Below are positions 30,900 to 40,446 of a stretch of DNA of 64,000 nucleotides, one piece after another. The position numbers were made by a program, and so were the translations under genes. Position 1 is the stretch's first letter, and the number at the start of each line of letters is the position of its first letter. The notes beneath the pieces were generated by a model, which was not told the origin of the DNA, made no database searches, and saw only the letters and a program-made list of their open reading frames with translations. The stretch is from Nannocystis bainbridge (lineage in GTDB: Bacteria; Myxococcota_A; Polyangia; Nannocystales; Nannocystaceae), in the NCBI RefSeq assembly GCF_028368995.1, contig NZ_JAQNDL010000001.1, positions 4,000,001 through 4,064,000 on the forward strand, in the 5' to 3' direction.

Positions 30900-32147
30900 T
30901 CAAGCCCGCGCCCGTCGCCGCCGCAACCCGACCAGCATGAGCCCCGCGAGCCAGCCCCCGCTCCCCGCTCCGCCGCCCGAGCAGGCGCACCCGGGCACGA
31001 TCAGCCCGTCCGCGGGGTTCGTCGTCGCCCCGTCCTCCGAAGTCCCCGCCGTCGTCCCGCTGCCCGGCTCACCCGTCGAGCCGCCCGTCGTCGGCCCGCC
31101 CGTCGTCGGGCCCCCCGTCGTCGGCTCGTCCGGCCCGCCCGTGCTGTCCTCGCTCGCCGGCCACGCCGTGCAGCGGTCGGGGTCCCACGAATCACCGAGC
31201 TCGTCGATCTCACACACGTACGGCGCGCCCACGCAGACCGCGAGCGCCGGCGAATCCTGCGTCAGCGTCTGCGCCCCGAGCTGATCGACCAGCGTATCCC
31301 CGTGACAGAGCTCCGACCCCGGGGCCGTCTCGCCGGTCACCAGGTTGCGCAGCACCACCTGCGCACAGAACGGCCCCGTGTTGCGCGAGCGGAAATCGAA
31401 GCTCGACGTCACGAACCTCTCCTCGACCACGAACCCGCCGACCACCAGCGTCGCGCTCACCATCGACGCGGCCTCGTCGCTCGCGCCCGGCACCTGCCCC
31501 TCGAAGTCGACGCGCAGCCGCCCCGTCCACTGCAGCGGCACGCACTCACCCTCGGCGAAGCCCACCGATCCCCCGCCGCTGCCGCACCCCCCGGAGAACG
31601 CCGGGAACGCCCCGTCGCAGCACACCAGGTTGTCGAGCGTCAGCACCTCGGTGACCTCCGCCGCCTCCTTGCTGCTCACCTCCGGCGCGACCAGCGGCGG
31701 CATCACCCCGCTGCCCGTGCTCACCTCGAACTCGAACGGCTCGAACTCGAGGCCGCAGGTCGGATCGCCCGGCGTCGCCTCGACGTTGTGGATCGTGCCG
31801 GCCACCACATACGTGCTGTCGGCCGCCAGCGGCCCCGCCGGCCGCCAGCCGAGCAGCCCGTCGATCCCCGTCGACTCGAGCTGCCCCGCCACCGGCATCC
31901 CGCCCAGCGTCACCTCCACCGTCATCACGTCGAGTGGCACCGGCACCTGCGACGGCCCCGACACCTTCAGCAAGATCATCGCGTCGAGCGGCAGCTCGCG
32001 GGACCCCGCCATCGACTCGACCGTCGTCCACGTCATGACATCCGCGCACGCCTCGCCGAGGTCGAGGCAAGCCGTCGCCTCGCGCGCGACGAAGCAGGTG
32101 ACGAGGGCGACGCCGAGCGCCGCGCGAGCCGAAAGGGAGAGAGCCAT
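30900..32147 (-). CDS. Secreted Cys-containing protein with Ig-like region and MYXO-CTERM
   Basis: Signal peptide, WRPAGPLAADSTY, PTTGG repeats, GCAC...LMLVGLRRRR. Confidence 0.72.
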   Translation of the reverse strand: MALSLSARAALGVALVTCFVAREATACLDLGEACADVMTWTTVESMAGSRELPLDAMILLKVSGPSQVPVPLDVMTVEVTLGGMPVAGQLESTGIDGLLGWRPAGPLAADSTYVVAGTIHNVEATPGDPTCGLEFEPFEFEVSTGSGVMPPLVAPEVSSKEAAEVTEVLTLDNLVCCDGAFPAFSGGCGSGGGSVGFAEGECVPLQWTGRLRVDFEGQVPGASDEAASMVSATLVVGGFVVEERFVTSSFDFRSRNTGPFCAQVVLRNLVTGETAPGSELCHGDTLVDQLGAQTLTQDSPALAVCVGAPYVCEIDELGDSWDPDRCTAWPASEDSTGGPDEPTTGGPTTGGPTTGGSTGEPGSGTTAGTSEDGATTNPADGLIVPGCACSGGGAGSGGWLAGLMLVGLRRRRARA

Positions 32148-32264
32148 CCCTCTTCCTATCACGACCGCGGCCCAGCAACGACGCAGCGACCAGGACCGGC
32201 CCAAACCCGCGGGAATCGCCGCAGGTGGCCGGACCGCGGCGATTCCGTCACGCCCCTGAGCGCG

Positions 32265-33479
32265 TCACCCGGCCTCGGCCTCGACCGGCTCGATCTGCCG
32301 CGCGGCCTCCTCGTACGCCAGCAGGATCAGCGGCCGCAGCCGGTACAGGTCCTTCACGCCATTGATATAGACGTACCCCTTGTCGACCTCGAACCCGGGC
32401 GACAGCGCCTTGGCCTGCTCGGGGGACACCTTGGTGAAGATCGATTTCTTGCGCTGATTGAAGTACAGCCGGACGAACCACCGCCGGATCGAGATCGTCG
32501 AGATCGTGAACCAGCTGGTCGTATCCTTGTGAAGAATCGGCGCGCTCGGGCTCACCGGCGAATCGGCGCAGATCGAGCGAATGATCTCCAGCGCCTCCAG
32601 CTCTTCGGCCGTCGTGACGATGTTGGGGGCCGCCGGAGCCGCCGGCGCCGCCGGCTTCTCCTCGACCTTGATCACCGGCGGCGGCGGCAGCACCGGCGGC
32701 GCCTCGACCTTCGGCGGCGGCGGGACCACCGGCACCTCCGGCTTAGACTCGCCCTGGTCCTTGATCGACCGCGTCGCCATGTCGAGCAGGGTCGCCTGGA
32801 TCGCCCGCTTGATCGTCGGCGTGAACTTCTCGATCACCCGCGGCGTGAGCCGCTTGCCGGCGAACACGCTGAGCTCCCCGAGCACGAAGCGGGTGAAGTT
32901 CTCGGGCGGGCTGCGCAAGATCGATCCGATATAGCCGCTGATCTTGCTGGTATAGATGATCTCTTCGGCCTGCTCGCGCACCCCCGTCGGGTTGAACCGC
33001 TCGCGCGTGAACGACTCCAGCACCTCGACGTCGGCCTCCGTGAACGACAGGATGTCGAACTCGAAGAACGCCTTCTCGCTGAGGATGTTGCGCTCCTCGA
33101 GGTCCGTATAAAACAGGTACTTCACGCCATTCGTCAGCACCGCCACCGGGCACACGGGCGTCGCGTTGAAGTAGCGCGCGAGCTGCCCGCTGAAGTTCTG
33201 CAGGTTCACGTCGGCCGACTTGCATTCGACGAAGATCACCGGCGAGCCCGCCAGGTGAATGGCATAATCGACCTTCTCGGCCGGGCCGCCCGGGCGCTTC
33301 TTGGCGAAGTCGGCGACATATTCCGGCCGGATCTCGGTCGGATCGTAGATATCGTAGCCGAGGGCGCCGATGAAGGGCAAAATCAGCGCCTGCTTCGTCG
33401 ACTCTTCCCCGTGCACGTGAGGCAGACGTCGGCGAATCTGCTCCGCGAGCTTCTGTAACTGCTCATGAAATGCGCCCAT
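32265..33479 (-). CDS. Stand-alone HsdR N-terminal-domain (PD-(D/E)xK) endonuclease-like protein
   Basis: EESTKQALILPFI..LGYD, EKVDYAI, IFVECK, QLARYF, LTNG..Y.FYTD. No helicase motifs. Confidence 0.82.
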   Translation of the reverse strand: MGAFHEQLQKLAEQIRRRLPHVHGEESTKQALILPFIGALGYDIYDPTEIRPEYVADFAKKRPGGPAEKVDYAIHLAGSPVIFVECKSADVNLQNFSGQLARYFNATPVCPVAVLTNGVKYLFYTDLEERNILSEKAFFEFDILSFTEADVEVLESFTRERFNPTGVREQAEEIIYTSKISGYIGSILRSPPENFTRFVLGELSVFAGKRLTPRVIEKFTPTIKRAIQATLLDMATRSIKDQGESKPEVPVVPPPPKVEAPPVLPPPPVIKVEEKPAAPAAPAAPNIVTTAEELEALEIIRSICADSPVSPSAPILHKDTTSWFTISTISIRRWFVRLYFNQRKKSIFTKVSPEQAKALSPGFEVDKGYVYINGVKDLYRLRPLILLAYEEAARQIEPVEAEAG

Positions 33480-33697
33480 GATCACTCCGAGTTCACGAGT
33501 GTAGGTCGACGGCGACCCTGGGGTCAACGAACCCACGAAGAGCGCGGGCGGTCTCGCTCAATTGCGATAGACCATTGTTCTCACCCCATTCCGTCGACCA
33601 CGGCGCGGCGCCTCCGGACGTCTTCGCCCCGCTGCTCTTCACCGCGCGCGCCGACCTCACCGGCCCGGGCCCCGCGGGATTCCGCTACGATCGTCGG

Positions 33698-34771
33698 ATG
33701 CAAGTTCGCCCATCGGAGAGACGCGCGCGGATCGAAGCGCTCGTTCGCTACCTCTGCTCGCCGGAGTGCGCCGGGAGGGCGCCAGACACGGCCGGGGGCA
33801 TCGCCGCGCGCACCCGCATCGTCGACGAGTTCCGCGCGATCGGGGCCGCGCCTGGCGGCACTGATGGCTTTTTGCAGCCCGTGCCCGGCTGCGGCGCCAA
33901 CGTCCTCGCCGAGATCCCTGGCCACGGCCCGCTCGCCGAGCACACGATCGTCGTCGCCGCGCACTACGATCATTTGGGCTCGCTCGGCGGCGACACTTTT
34001 TGGGGCGCCGACGACAACGCCGCCGCCGTGGCGATCCTCGTCGAGGTCGGGCGCGAGCTGCTCGCCCGCCGCCGTTCGGGTCGTCGCGTCGTGCTCGCCG
34101 CCTACGACGGCGAGGAGCCGCCGCATTTCCTCCACGGCACCATGGGCTCGATGTATCACGTCGCCCACCCGACCGCCCCGCTCGCCGGCATCGACATGAT
34201 GGTCTGCATGGACCTGTGCGGCCACGCTCTCGGGCCTGTCGGCTGCCCGAGCGAGGTCCGCGACTCCGTGTTCGTGCTCGGCGCCGAGCTCAGTCACGGC
34301 ACTGGCGAGCTCGTCGACGCCGCCGCGATCGCCGGCGGCATCTACCCGCGCCGCGCCGACCTCGACGTCATCCCGCCGCTCAGCGACTACCAGCCGTTCC
34401 GCGAGGCCGGCGTCCCGGTGCTCTTCCTCAGCTGCGGGCGCTGGGAGCACTATCATCAGCCCACCGACACCCCCGATCGGCTCGATTACGACAAGATCGT
34501 CTCCACCGTCGAGTACCTCGCCGGCCTGGTCCAGATGCTGCGCGAGCGGCCCGACGCGCCCACGTTCGACACCCACGCCCGCGACGACCTCGCCACCATC
34601 GCCTCGCTGCGGACCCTCGCCCGCCACCTCGCGCCCCGCGTCCCTGCCGTCTCGCAGGCCGCCGCCCACCTCGACGCCCTCGCCGCCGCCGCCAGGACCG
34701 GCCCCCTCAGCCAGCCCCAGCGCCAGCAGCTCGCCTGGATGGTCGCCGGCCTCGAAGACGCCCTGTCCTGA
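33698..34771 (+). CDS. M28-family peptidase
   Basis: AAHYDHLG, GADDNAA, DGEE, MDL.G, SDY.PF, YHQPTDT. Confidence 0.88.
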   Translation: MQVRPSERRARIEALVRYLCSPECAGRAPDTAGGIAARTRIVDEFRAIGAAPGGTDGFLQPVPGCGANVLAEIPGHGPLAEHTIVVAAHYDHLGSLGGDTFWGADDNAAAVAILVEVGRELLARRRSGRRVVLAAYDGEEPPHFLHGTMGSMYHVAHPTAPLAGIDMMVCMDLCGHALGPVGCPSEVRDSVFVLGAELSHGTGELVDAAAIAGGIYPRRADLDVIPPLSDYQPFREAGVPVLFLSCGRWEHYHQPTDTPDRLDYDKIVSTVEYLAGLVQMLRERPDAPTFDTHARDDLATIASLRTLARHLAPRVPAVSQAAAHLDALAAAARTGPLSQPQRQQLAWMVAGLEDALS

Positions 34772-34788
34772 GCGAAGTCAATCCATTG

Positions 34789-34830
34789 TGTCCCCAAGGA
34801 CATGCCCCTCCGCGCATGTCCTTTCAGCCA
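34789..34830. repeat. Tandem array of three TGTC-N6-GACA-like 14-mers
   Basis: TGTCCCCAAGGACA TGCCCCTCCGCGCA TGTCCTTTCAGCCA, between convergent stop codons. Confidence 0.8.
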
Positions 34831-34831
34831 T

Positions 34832-36535
34832 CTATGCGCTCCTGCGCCCGACGCGGACCGCCGCCGCCGCGCGGCGGATCGTCTCGCCCTCCGCCCGCCC
34901 GACTCCGTAGGCCGCGAACGTCGCGCGATCGATCGCTGCGAGGTCTGCGGGCGCTGCCGCGACCAGCGCGGCCCGGGCCTTCGCCGGCACCTCGGCCCAC
35001 GACGGCACCCGGATCCGCCGCAGGTACTGGGCCTGGAACCGCAAGAACCCGCCGGCCATCCGGATCCCGTAGTTGGCCACGAACAGCGTCGCCAGCGACG
35101 AGCGCAGGATCGTCGCCAGCGCTTGCAGGTCCCACGTCGGCGACGTCACGTGATAGAGGTTGTGGTGCGGATAATAGTCGCCCGCGTCGTAAGCGACCGT
35201 CGCCTCGCCCTTGATGTCGGGGATCAGCAGCTTGGGCGTGCGCGCCAGCGCAGGGTCGATGCGATCGATCGTCCGGTACCACGCCTCCGGGCTGCGGCGA
35301 GCCACGTAGCGCCGCTGCAGCGCCTCGCGGTGCGCATGCACGTAGGCCGCGAAGCGCGGATAACGGCCGGTCTCCGCCAGCGCCCCGTCCGCCTCGAACG
35401 GATTGACGATCCCGCGGCCGCCCCACGCGATCGTGCCCCCGCGCAGGTCGGCCGCCATCACCAGCGGCAGCTTGCGCGCCGGCTCCACCGGCAGCCCCGA
35501 ATAATCGCCGACGAACACCCGATCGGCGCCCGTCGCCACCCCGATCCCGACCCGACAATCGGTGTCCTCGAGCGTCCTGAACTCGCCCTCGAGCCGGCGC
35601 AGCACCGCGAGCTGATCGGCGCCGTCTAGCAGCCACGGGTCCTCGCCGCGGACCGCCTGCGCCACCACCTCGACCCGCGGATCGTCGACCGGGTCCGCGC
35701 GGATCATCGCCTGCACCACCGCCGGCAGCTCGCCCGCGATCTGCGGCCTGCGGGCGATCCGCGTCAGCTCGCCCGCACCGCGACGGATCACCGTGATCGC
35801 CGGATACGCGAACACCTCCGACTGGAACGCGTCCGTCCCCTCCATGTCGATGTAATGCGAGAGGTGATAGTCGCGCGCCACCAGCCCGCGCAGCGGCCCC
35901 CCGTAGCGGTTCTTCAGCCACCGATTGGCGCAGATGAACGCCAGCCGCCCGTCATCCGCGAGCAATTGCAGCCCGCGCTCGAAGAACGGCACGTAGAGGT
36001 CGGCCCGATCGTAGATGGTATGATAGCGCCGGCGATATTCTACGAGCAGGGCCTCGGGGATCCGCTCCTGCCGCACGTACGGCGGGTTGCCGACCACGAC
36101 CTCGAATTTCTCGGTCAGCGGCGCCAGCAAAAAGTCGCCGCGGATCAGCCACGCATCGCACAGCCGGCTCACCTCGCGGCTGCTCGCGCCCCACTCGTGC
36201 AGCCGCGCCCGCACCCGCTCGCGCGTCCGCTCGAACGACTCCGCGTGCACCTCGACCCCGCGCACCGTCGACTCGAGCCGACGCGCCTGCTCCGGTCCCA
36301 GCCCCGTGCGCGCGCACGCGGCCAGCAGCCGCTCGACGATCGCCATGATGAACTCGCCCGCGCCGAACGACGGCTCGAGCACCGACCACTGCTGCAGCGG
36401 CTGGTCGGCCGTATAGCCCGCCAGGTCGAGCATCGCCTCGACCACCTCGGGCCGCGTGAACACGGCCCCGCGCTCGCTCGCATCGGCCCCGACGAGGCCG
36501 GGTCGGGGCGCGTGGGGCTCGAGCGACGACTGCAC
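34832..36535 (-). CDS. N6-adenine DNA methyltransferase, M.PaeR7I/M.XhoI-like (Eco57I/TaqI-type fold; predicted target CTCGAG)
   Basis: [91 protein letters not shown]; matches the PaeR7I methylase as I recall it. Confidence 0.88.
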   Translation of the reverse strand: MQSSLEPHAPRPGLVGADASERGAVFTRPEVVEAMLDLAGYTADQPLQQWSVLEPSFGAGEFIMAIVERLLAACARTGLGPEQARRLESTVRGVEVHAESFERTRERVRARLHEWGASSREVSRLCDAWLIRGDFLLAPLTEKFEVVVGNPPYVRQERIPEALLVEYRRRYHTIYDRADLYVPFFERGLQLLADDGRLAFICANRWLKNRYGGPLRGLVARDYHLSHYIDMEGTDAFQSEVFAYPAITVIRRGAGELTRIARRPQIAGELPAVVQAMIRADPVDDPRVEVVAQAVRGEDPWLLDGADQLAVLRRLEGEFRTLEDTDCRVGIGVATGADRVFVGDYSGLPVEPARKLPLVMAADLRGGTIAWGGRGIVNPFEADGALAETGRYPRFAAYVHAHREALQRRYVARRSPEAWYRTIDRIDPALARTPKLLIPDIKGEATVAYDAGDYYPHHNLYHVTSPTWDLQALATILRSSLATLFVANYGIRMAGGFLRFQAQYLRRIRVPSWAEVPAKARAALVAAAPADLAAIDRATFAAYGVGRAEGETIRRAAAAVRVGRRSA

Positions 36536-36694
36536 GGGCGCGCCGAGCTTAGCGCGTCCGTGCCCGCGTGCGCTGCGCTCGCCGGCCGCAATTCATCGAC
36601 CTCGCCGCGCGATGCCACGGCCCACCCCGGCAGCGATGCACCGATCTGCGCTCGCGGCCCCCGCCGACCCTCGCGGTCCTACACTCCGCCCGCG

Positions 36695-37654
36695 ATGCCG
36701 CCGCGCCTCGACTACTCCCGGCAATGCGCCGAGCTCGAGAAGATCGCACGCCTCGAGCCGCGCCCCGCCGCCCCCTCCGACCCTGCTGCGGGTCTCGCCG
36801 CCCCCTCGCCCGCCGCCACCTGCCTCGTGTGCGACGCCGGCCCCGCCCGCCCGTGCGACCGCTGCGGCGGCGTCGCCTACTGCGGCGACGAGCACCGCCG
36901 GCTCGACCTGCGCTGGCACGCCCCGGTCTGCCCCGCGCTGCGGGCGATCGCCGACGACCTCGCCTTCTTCGCCGCCCATGCGCGCCCCTGGCTCGAAGCC
37001 CGGCTCCTCGCCCGCGCCGGTCGGACCGCCGCCCTTCCCACCTCCTGGGACGCCTGGCTCGGCCCCGACCTCGCGCCCGTCGAGCGCCGTTGCCTCAGCG
37101 ACCTCGCCACCCGGCCGCTGACGCTCGCTCACCTCCTCGGCTTGCTCTCCGAACATGTCCCGAAGGACATCTCGAATCCCACCGCGATCCACGTCATCGC
37201 CGCCGCCCAGCGCGAGCGCGACGTCTCGCCGGCGCTGTGGCGCGAGCTCGAGCGCCTGCACCCCGACCGTCGCTTCGCCATCACTCTCATCGGCCCCGAG
37301 CTCGCGCCCGGCGACCTCGGACCGGGCGTGCGTGCCGTGACGGCCCTCTATCGGCGCGACCTGTGGCCCGCGCTCGGGCGCCCCGACCTCGTCATCGGTT
37401 ACGACTGCGGCCTCCTCCTCTATCCCACGTGGAAGCCGACCATGCACGACCTGCGCGGCTCGGGCGTCCCGTTCGCGCTCACCAGCTATCGCGCCTGGGA
37501 GGCCGCCGGCGAGGCCCGCCTGTTGCGGGCGATCGGCGCCGAACCGCTGCTCGCCCCCACGCCCAACCCGTTCGCCTCGCTCTCGGCCCGCCGCTCGTCC
37601 ACCCTCGCCAACGACCTCGCCCACGACAACGCATTCATGAGCGCCTGGCGCTGA
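36695..37654 (+). CDS. MYND zinc-finger + MSS51 C-terminal-like domain protein
   Basis: CLVC...CDRC..VAYCGDEH...WH..VC, then RPLTL, IHVIAA, LIGPE, PDLVIGYDCGL, FALTSY..WE, NPFAS. Confidence 0.7.
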   Translation: MPPRLDYSRQCAELEKIARLEPRPAAPSDPAAGLAAPSPAATCLVCDAGPARPCDRCGGVAYCGDEHRRLDLRWHAPVCPALRAIADDLAFFAAHARPWLEARLLARAGRTAALPTSWDAWLGPDLAPVERRCLSDLATRPLTLAHLLGLLSEHVPKDISNPTAIHVIAAAQRERDVSPALWRELERLHPDRRFAITLIGPELAPGDLGPGVRAVTALYRRDLWPALGRPDLVIGYDCGLLLYPTWKPTMHDLRGSGVPFALTSYRAWEAAGEARLLRAIGAEPLLAPTPNPFASLSARRSSTLANDLAHDNAFMSAWR

Positions 37655-37674
37655 CCCGCAACGCCACGCCCGCG

Positions 37675-39030
37675 CTACTTGTGGACAATGTCGAATTCGT
37701 CGATCACATCGCCCTGGATATTCTTGAAATAACCATGCGCCGCGTTGGGATCGCCGCCGACGTGGAAGCGAATGAACAGCGCCCCGTGGTCGGCCTCGAA
37801 GTTGTCCTCCTCGACCCCGTTCTTCAGCCAGTAATCTTTCGTGTAGACTGACGCCCACCAGTCCTCGTCGCCGTGCAGGCCCGCGTCCCATTCGCGGATG
37901 CTCCTGCCCCCGAGCCCTGACACCACCGAGAACGTGCGCCCCGGTCCGACCTCCAGCAGCTCGGCCATCCCGGTCGCGCCATGGGCCGCTCCCTTGTTCC
38001 CCACGTCGGTCAGCGTGCGCGTGCGCGCGTACGAGTGCTCGTGGCCCATCACGATGATCGACCCGTCGTTTTGACACGACTGCAGCGCCTTCCACGTCAG
38101 GTCGTCGGGCTTGTCCCCCGCCTGCAGGTCGCGCTGATTCTTGTGGAACGTACACAGGCTCCACAGGTGATCGTCGCTCGCCAGCACCCCGGCGATGAAC
38201 TCCTCGTGGTCCTTGTCCGAGCCCTTGGTGCCGAGGCCCGACAGCACGAAGTGCAGCCCGCGGTACGTGCAATTCGACTTCACCCCCAGATCGCCCACGC
38301 AGCTGGCCCCTGCGATCTTCGCCAGCCTCGCCTCGAGCTTGTTCTGGTAGCCCGACCACGCGTCTTTGTCGTGATTGCCGATCACCCCGAACACCGGGAA
38401 GCTGTCGCCGAGCACGCTCTCCATCTCGTTCGCCCACGCGTCGGGGTTGTCGCCGTAATCGAAGTCGCCGAGGATGATCACGAAATCGGCCTTCTCCGCC
38501 AGCAGCAGCGAGTACACCGCCTTGGTGTCCTTGCCCGTGCCCTGGTCGCCGAGCAGCGCGACCAGCAGGTCCGCGTCGGTCGCGTTGTCGGGCACCGGCG
38601 GCTTGCCCTGGCCGCCGGTCGTGCCGTCCCCGGTCGTCGTCGTCGTCCCCGACGTCGTCCCCGTCGTCGTCGTCGTATCGGCCCCGGTCGTCGTCCCCGG
38701 CGTCTCGCTCGTGGTCGTCGGTGCGCCGCTGCTCGCGCTCAGCTCCGTCGTCTCGAACGCCCCGCTCAGGTTGCCGGTCGTCGTCGAGCTGCTGCTCGTG
38801 CCGGGCGCCGGGTCCACGGTCGTCCCGCCGTCGCTGCTCCCCTGCGTCTCGCTGCTGCTCGACCCACTGCTGGCCGCGTCGGCCTCGGTGAGCCCCATCG
38901 TCGCGGGGGACGTGGCGCCGCTCGCGCTGAGCGTCGCACTGGTGAATCCGGAATGCTCGATCCCCGCGCCGCTCGAACAGGCGATGCCCACACACGCAGG
39001 GAGGCCCAGGAGGAAATGACGGGAGTGCAT
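37675..39030 (-). CDS. Calcineurin-like metallophosphoesterase lipoprotein
   Basis: GIAC lipobox, Thr linker, LGDQG, LGDFDY, GNHD, FHKN, GHEHSY. Confidence 0.85.
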   Translation of the reverse strand: MHSRHFLLGLPACVGIACSSGAGIEHSGFTSATLSASGATSPATMGLTEADAASSGSSSSETQGSSDGGTTVDPAPGTSSSSTTTGNLSGAFETTELSASSGAPTTTSETPGTTTGADTTTTTGTTSGTTTTTGDGTTGGQGKPPVPDNATDADLLVALLGDQGTGKDTKAVYSLLLAEKADFVIILGDFDYGDNPDAWANEMESVLGDSFPVFGVIGNHDKDAWSGYQNKLEARLAKIAGASCVGDLGVKSNCTYRGLHFVLSGLGTKGSDKDHEEFIAGVLASDDHLWSLCTFHKNQRDLQAGDKPDDLTWKALQSCQNDGSIIVMGHEHSYARTRTLTDVGNKGAAHGATGMAELLEVGPGRTFSVVSGLGGRSIREWDAGLHGDEDWWASVYTKDYWLKNGVEEDNFEADHGALFIRFHVGGDPNAAHGYFKNIQGDVIDEFDIVHK

Positions 39031-39727
39031 AAGAACGCAAACTACTCGATGTCCTCCACGCGGTGTACACATTGATTTCGGCGCCGATACCGCCATTCGA
39101 CCCTGGAGCAAGGAGTCATTGCCACAGAACGGTGCGTAGCCGAGATTTGACCGTTTCCAACCTCGAGACCGGCGCCCGAACATCGCAGCAATCTGGGCAC
39201 AAACTGTGCTACAAGCCTCCCAGATCGGCTCACGGACGCGCGGACGACCTCGCCCATCGCGGCACCGCCTCGCACACGAACAGACAGCTCGGAGGGCCGA
39301 CGAGCATCGGCGGTGACAACGCGATCCATTTTGACACGCCGATCCTCGCCTTGGACCGTCCGTCATGTACGAGCAATGAATGCATCCTCTCATCGGGGAT
39401 CGCCGCCCCGGTCATCACGATGTCGATTGATTCCTGCGACCCCCGGAAACGAAGTCCCCCCATTCATTCGGAGGTCACGAGCCCCCGACCCGAATCCACA
39501 TGCTGGCGCGACCACGCACGCGGCTTCACCGCGCCAGCCCTGCCCCCGTTCACGATTTCGCCCGCGCAGCCGTGGCCCACGGGCCCCATCCACGCCCGCG
39601 ACCCATCCATGCCCCGCGCGTTCTCCGGCCCTGCGACAAGCGGCCGCAGCGCGGCCCCTCCGCCACCTCGGCTACAGTGCTCGGCCGGTCTACCCGCCCC
39701 GTTCGGGCGTACCGCCGACCACGCGCC

Positions 39728-40222
39728 ATGAAGACGATCCTCGCGCCCCTGCTCCTCGCCGTGACTGCCTGCGGGACCACCCACTCCGGCACCGACCACG
39801 ACTCGCACGACACCAGCGGCCACGTGCACGACACCGAGACCGGCACCACCGCCTCGACCGGCCACGACCACGCCACCGAGCCGACCTCCACGGGTCACGC
39901 GCACACCGAGACCGGTCACGATCACACCTCCTCATCCACCTCCTCCGATACCACTACCGATACGACCACGGGCGGTGGTTCGCCGATCGCCGATTATTGC
40001 GAGTGCATGCTGGTCAATTGCCACGACCAGTATCATGGCACCTGGGGCGAAGAGCACCCGCAGTCGGAGGAGAACTGCAGCGCCGCCGCCGCGATGTGGC
40101 CCACCGTCGGCATGCCGGCCATATCCGGCGATTCGCTCGAATGTCGGCTCTACCACTGCGAGCAGGCCCTGGTCGACGCCTCCCAGTGCGAGGCCGCCAT
40201 CGGCGGCGCACCGTGTGCCTGA
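39728..40222 (+). CDS. His-rich, Cys-rich lipoprotein
   Basis: VTAC lipobox, HDSHD..GHVHD..GHDH..GHAH..GHDH tract, C-terminal YCEC..NCH, GDSLECRLYHC. Confidence 0.75.
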   Translation: MKTILAPLLLAVTACGTTHSGTDHDSHDTSGHVHDTETGTTASTGHDHATEPTSTGHAHTETGHDHTSSSTSSDTTTDTTTGGGSPIADYCECMLVNCHDQYHGTWGEEHPQSEENCSAAAAMWPTVGMPAISGDSLECRLYHCEQALVDASQCEAAIGGAPCA

Positions 40223-40340
40223 CGGCCCGACGCATCGCGACTGATTCGCCGCCGCTGCCAAGGCCGCCCTCGGCGGCGCACCGTGTGCCTGACGGCCCGA
40301 CGCATCGCGACTGATTCGCCGCCGCTGCCAAGGCCGCCAT
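40191..40340. repeat. 70-bp tandem duplication spanning the stop codon of the His-rich lipoprotein gene
   Basis: AGGCCGCC.TCGGCGGCGCACCGTGTGCCTGA...GCTGCCA at 40191 and 40261, with a partial copy at 40331. Confidence 0.92.
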
Positions 40341-40446
40341 CCCCTTGCCGCACGGCCCCGGCAGAACAGCGAAAACCATCGGTCCGCCGACGGACCTCCG
40401 CGCCCGCCTTCGCCCTGTCGCGGGCCACCTCCGCTAAGCTCGGACC

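Noticed and set aside
32265-36535. HsdR_N nuclease plus methylase as one cognate R-M system
   Set aside because: They are separated by an oppositely oriented M28 peptidase, the nuclease is not PaeR7I-like, and there is no HsdS.
39031-39727. 700-bp divergent intergenic region as an ncRNA or small gene
   Set aside because: Only short inverted repeats (ATCTGGG/CCCAGAT); no recognisable RNA family or credible ORF.
40191-40340. 70-bp and 62-bp repeats as CRISPR or att sites
   Set aside because: They are contiguous copies with no unique spacers, with no integrase or tRNA nearby.
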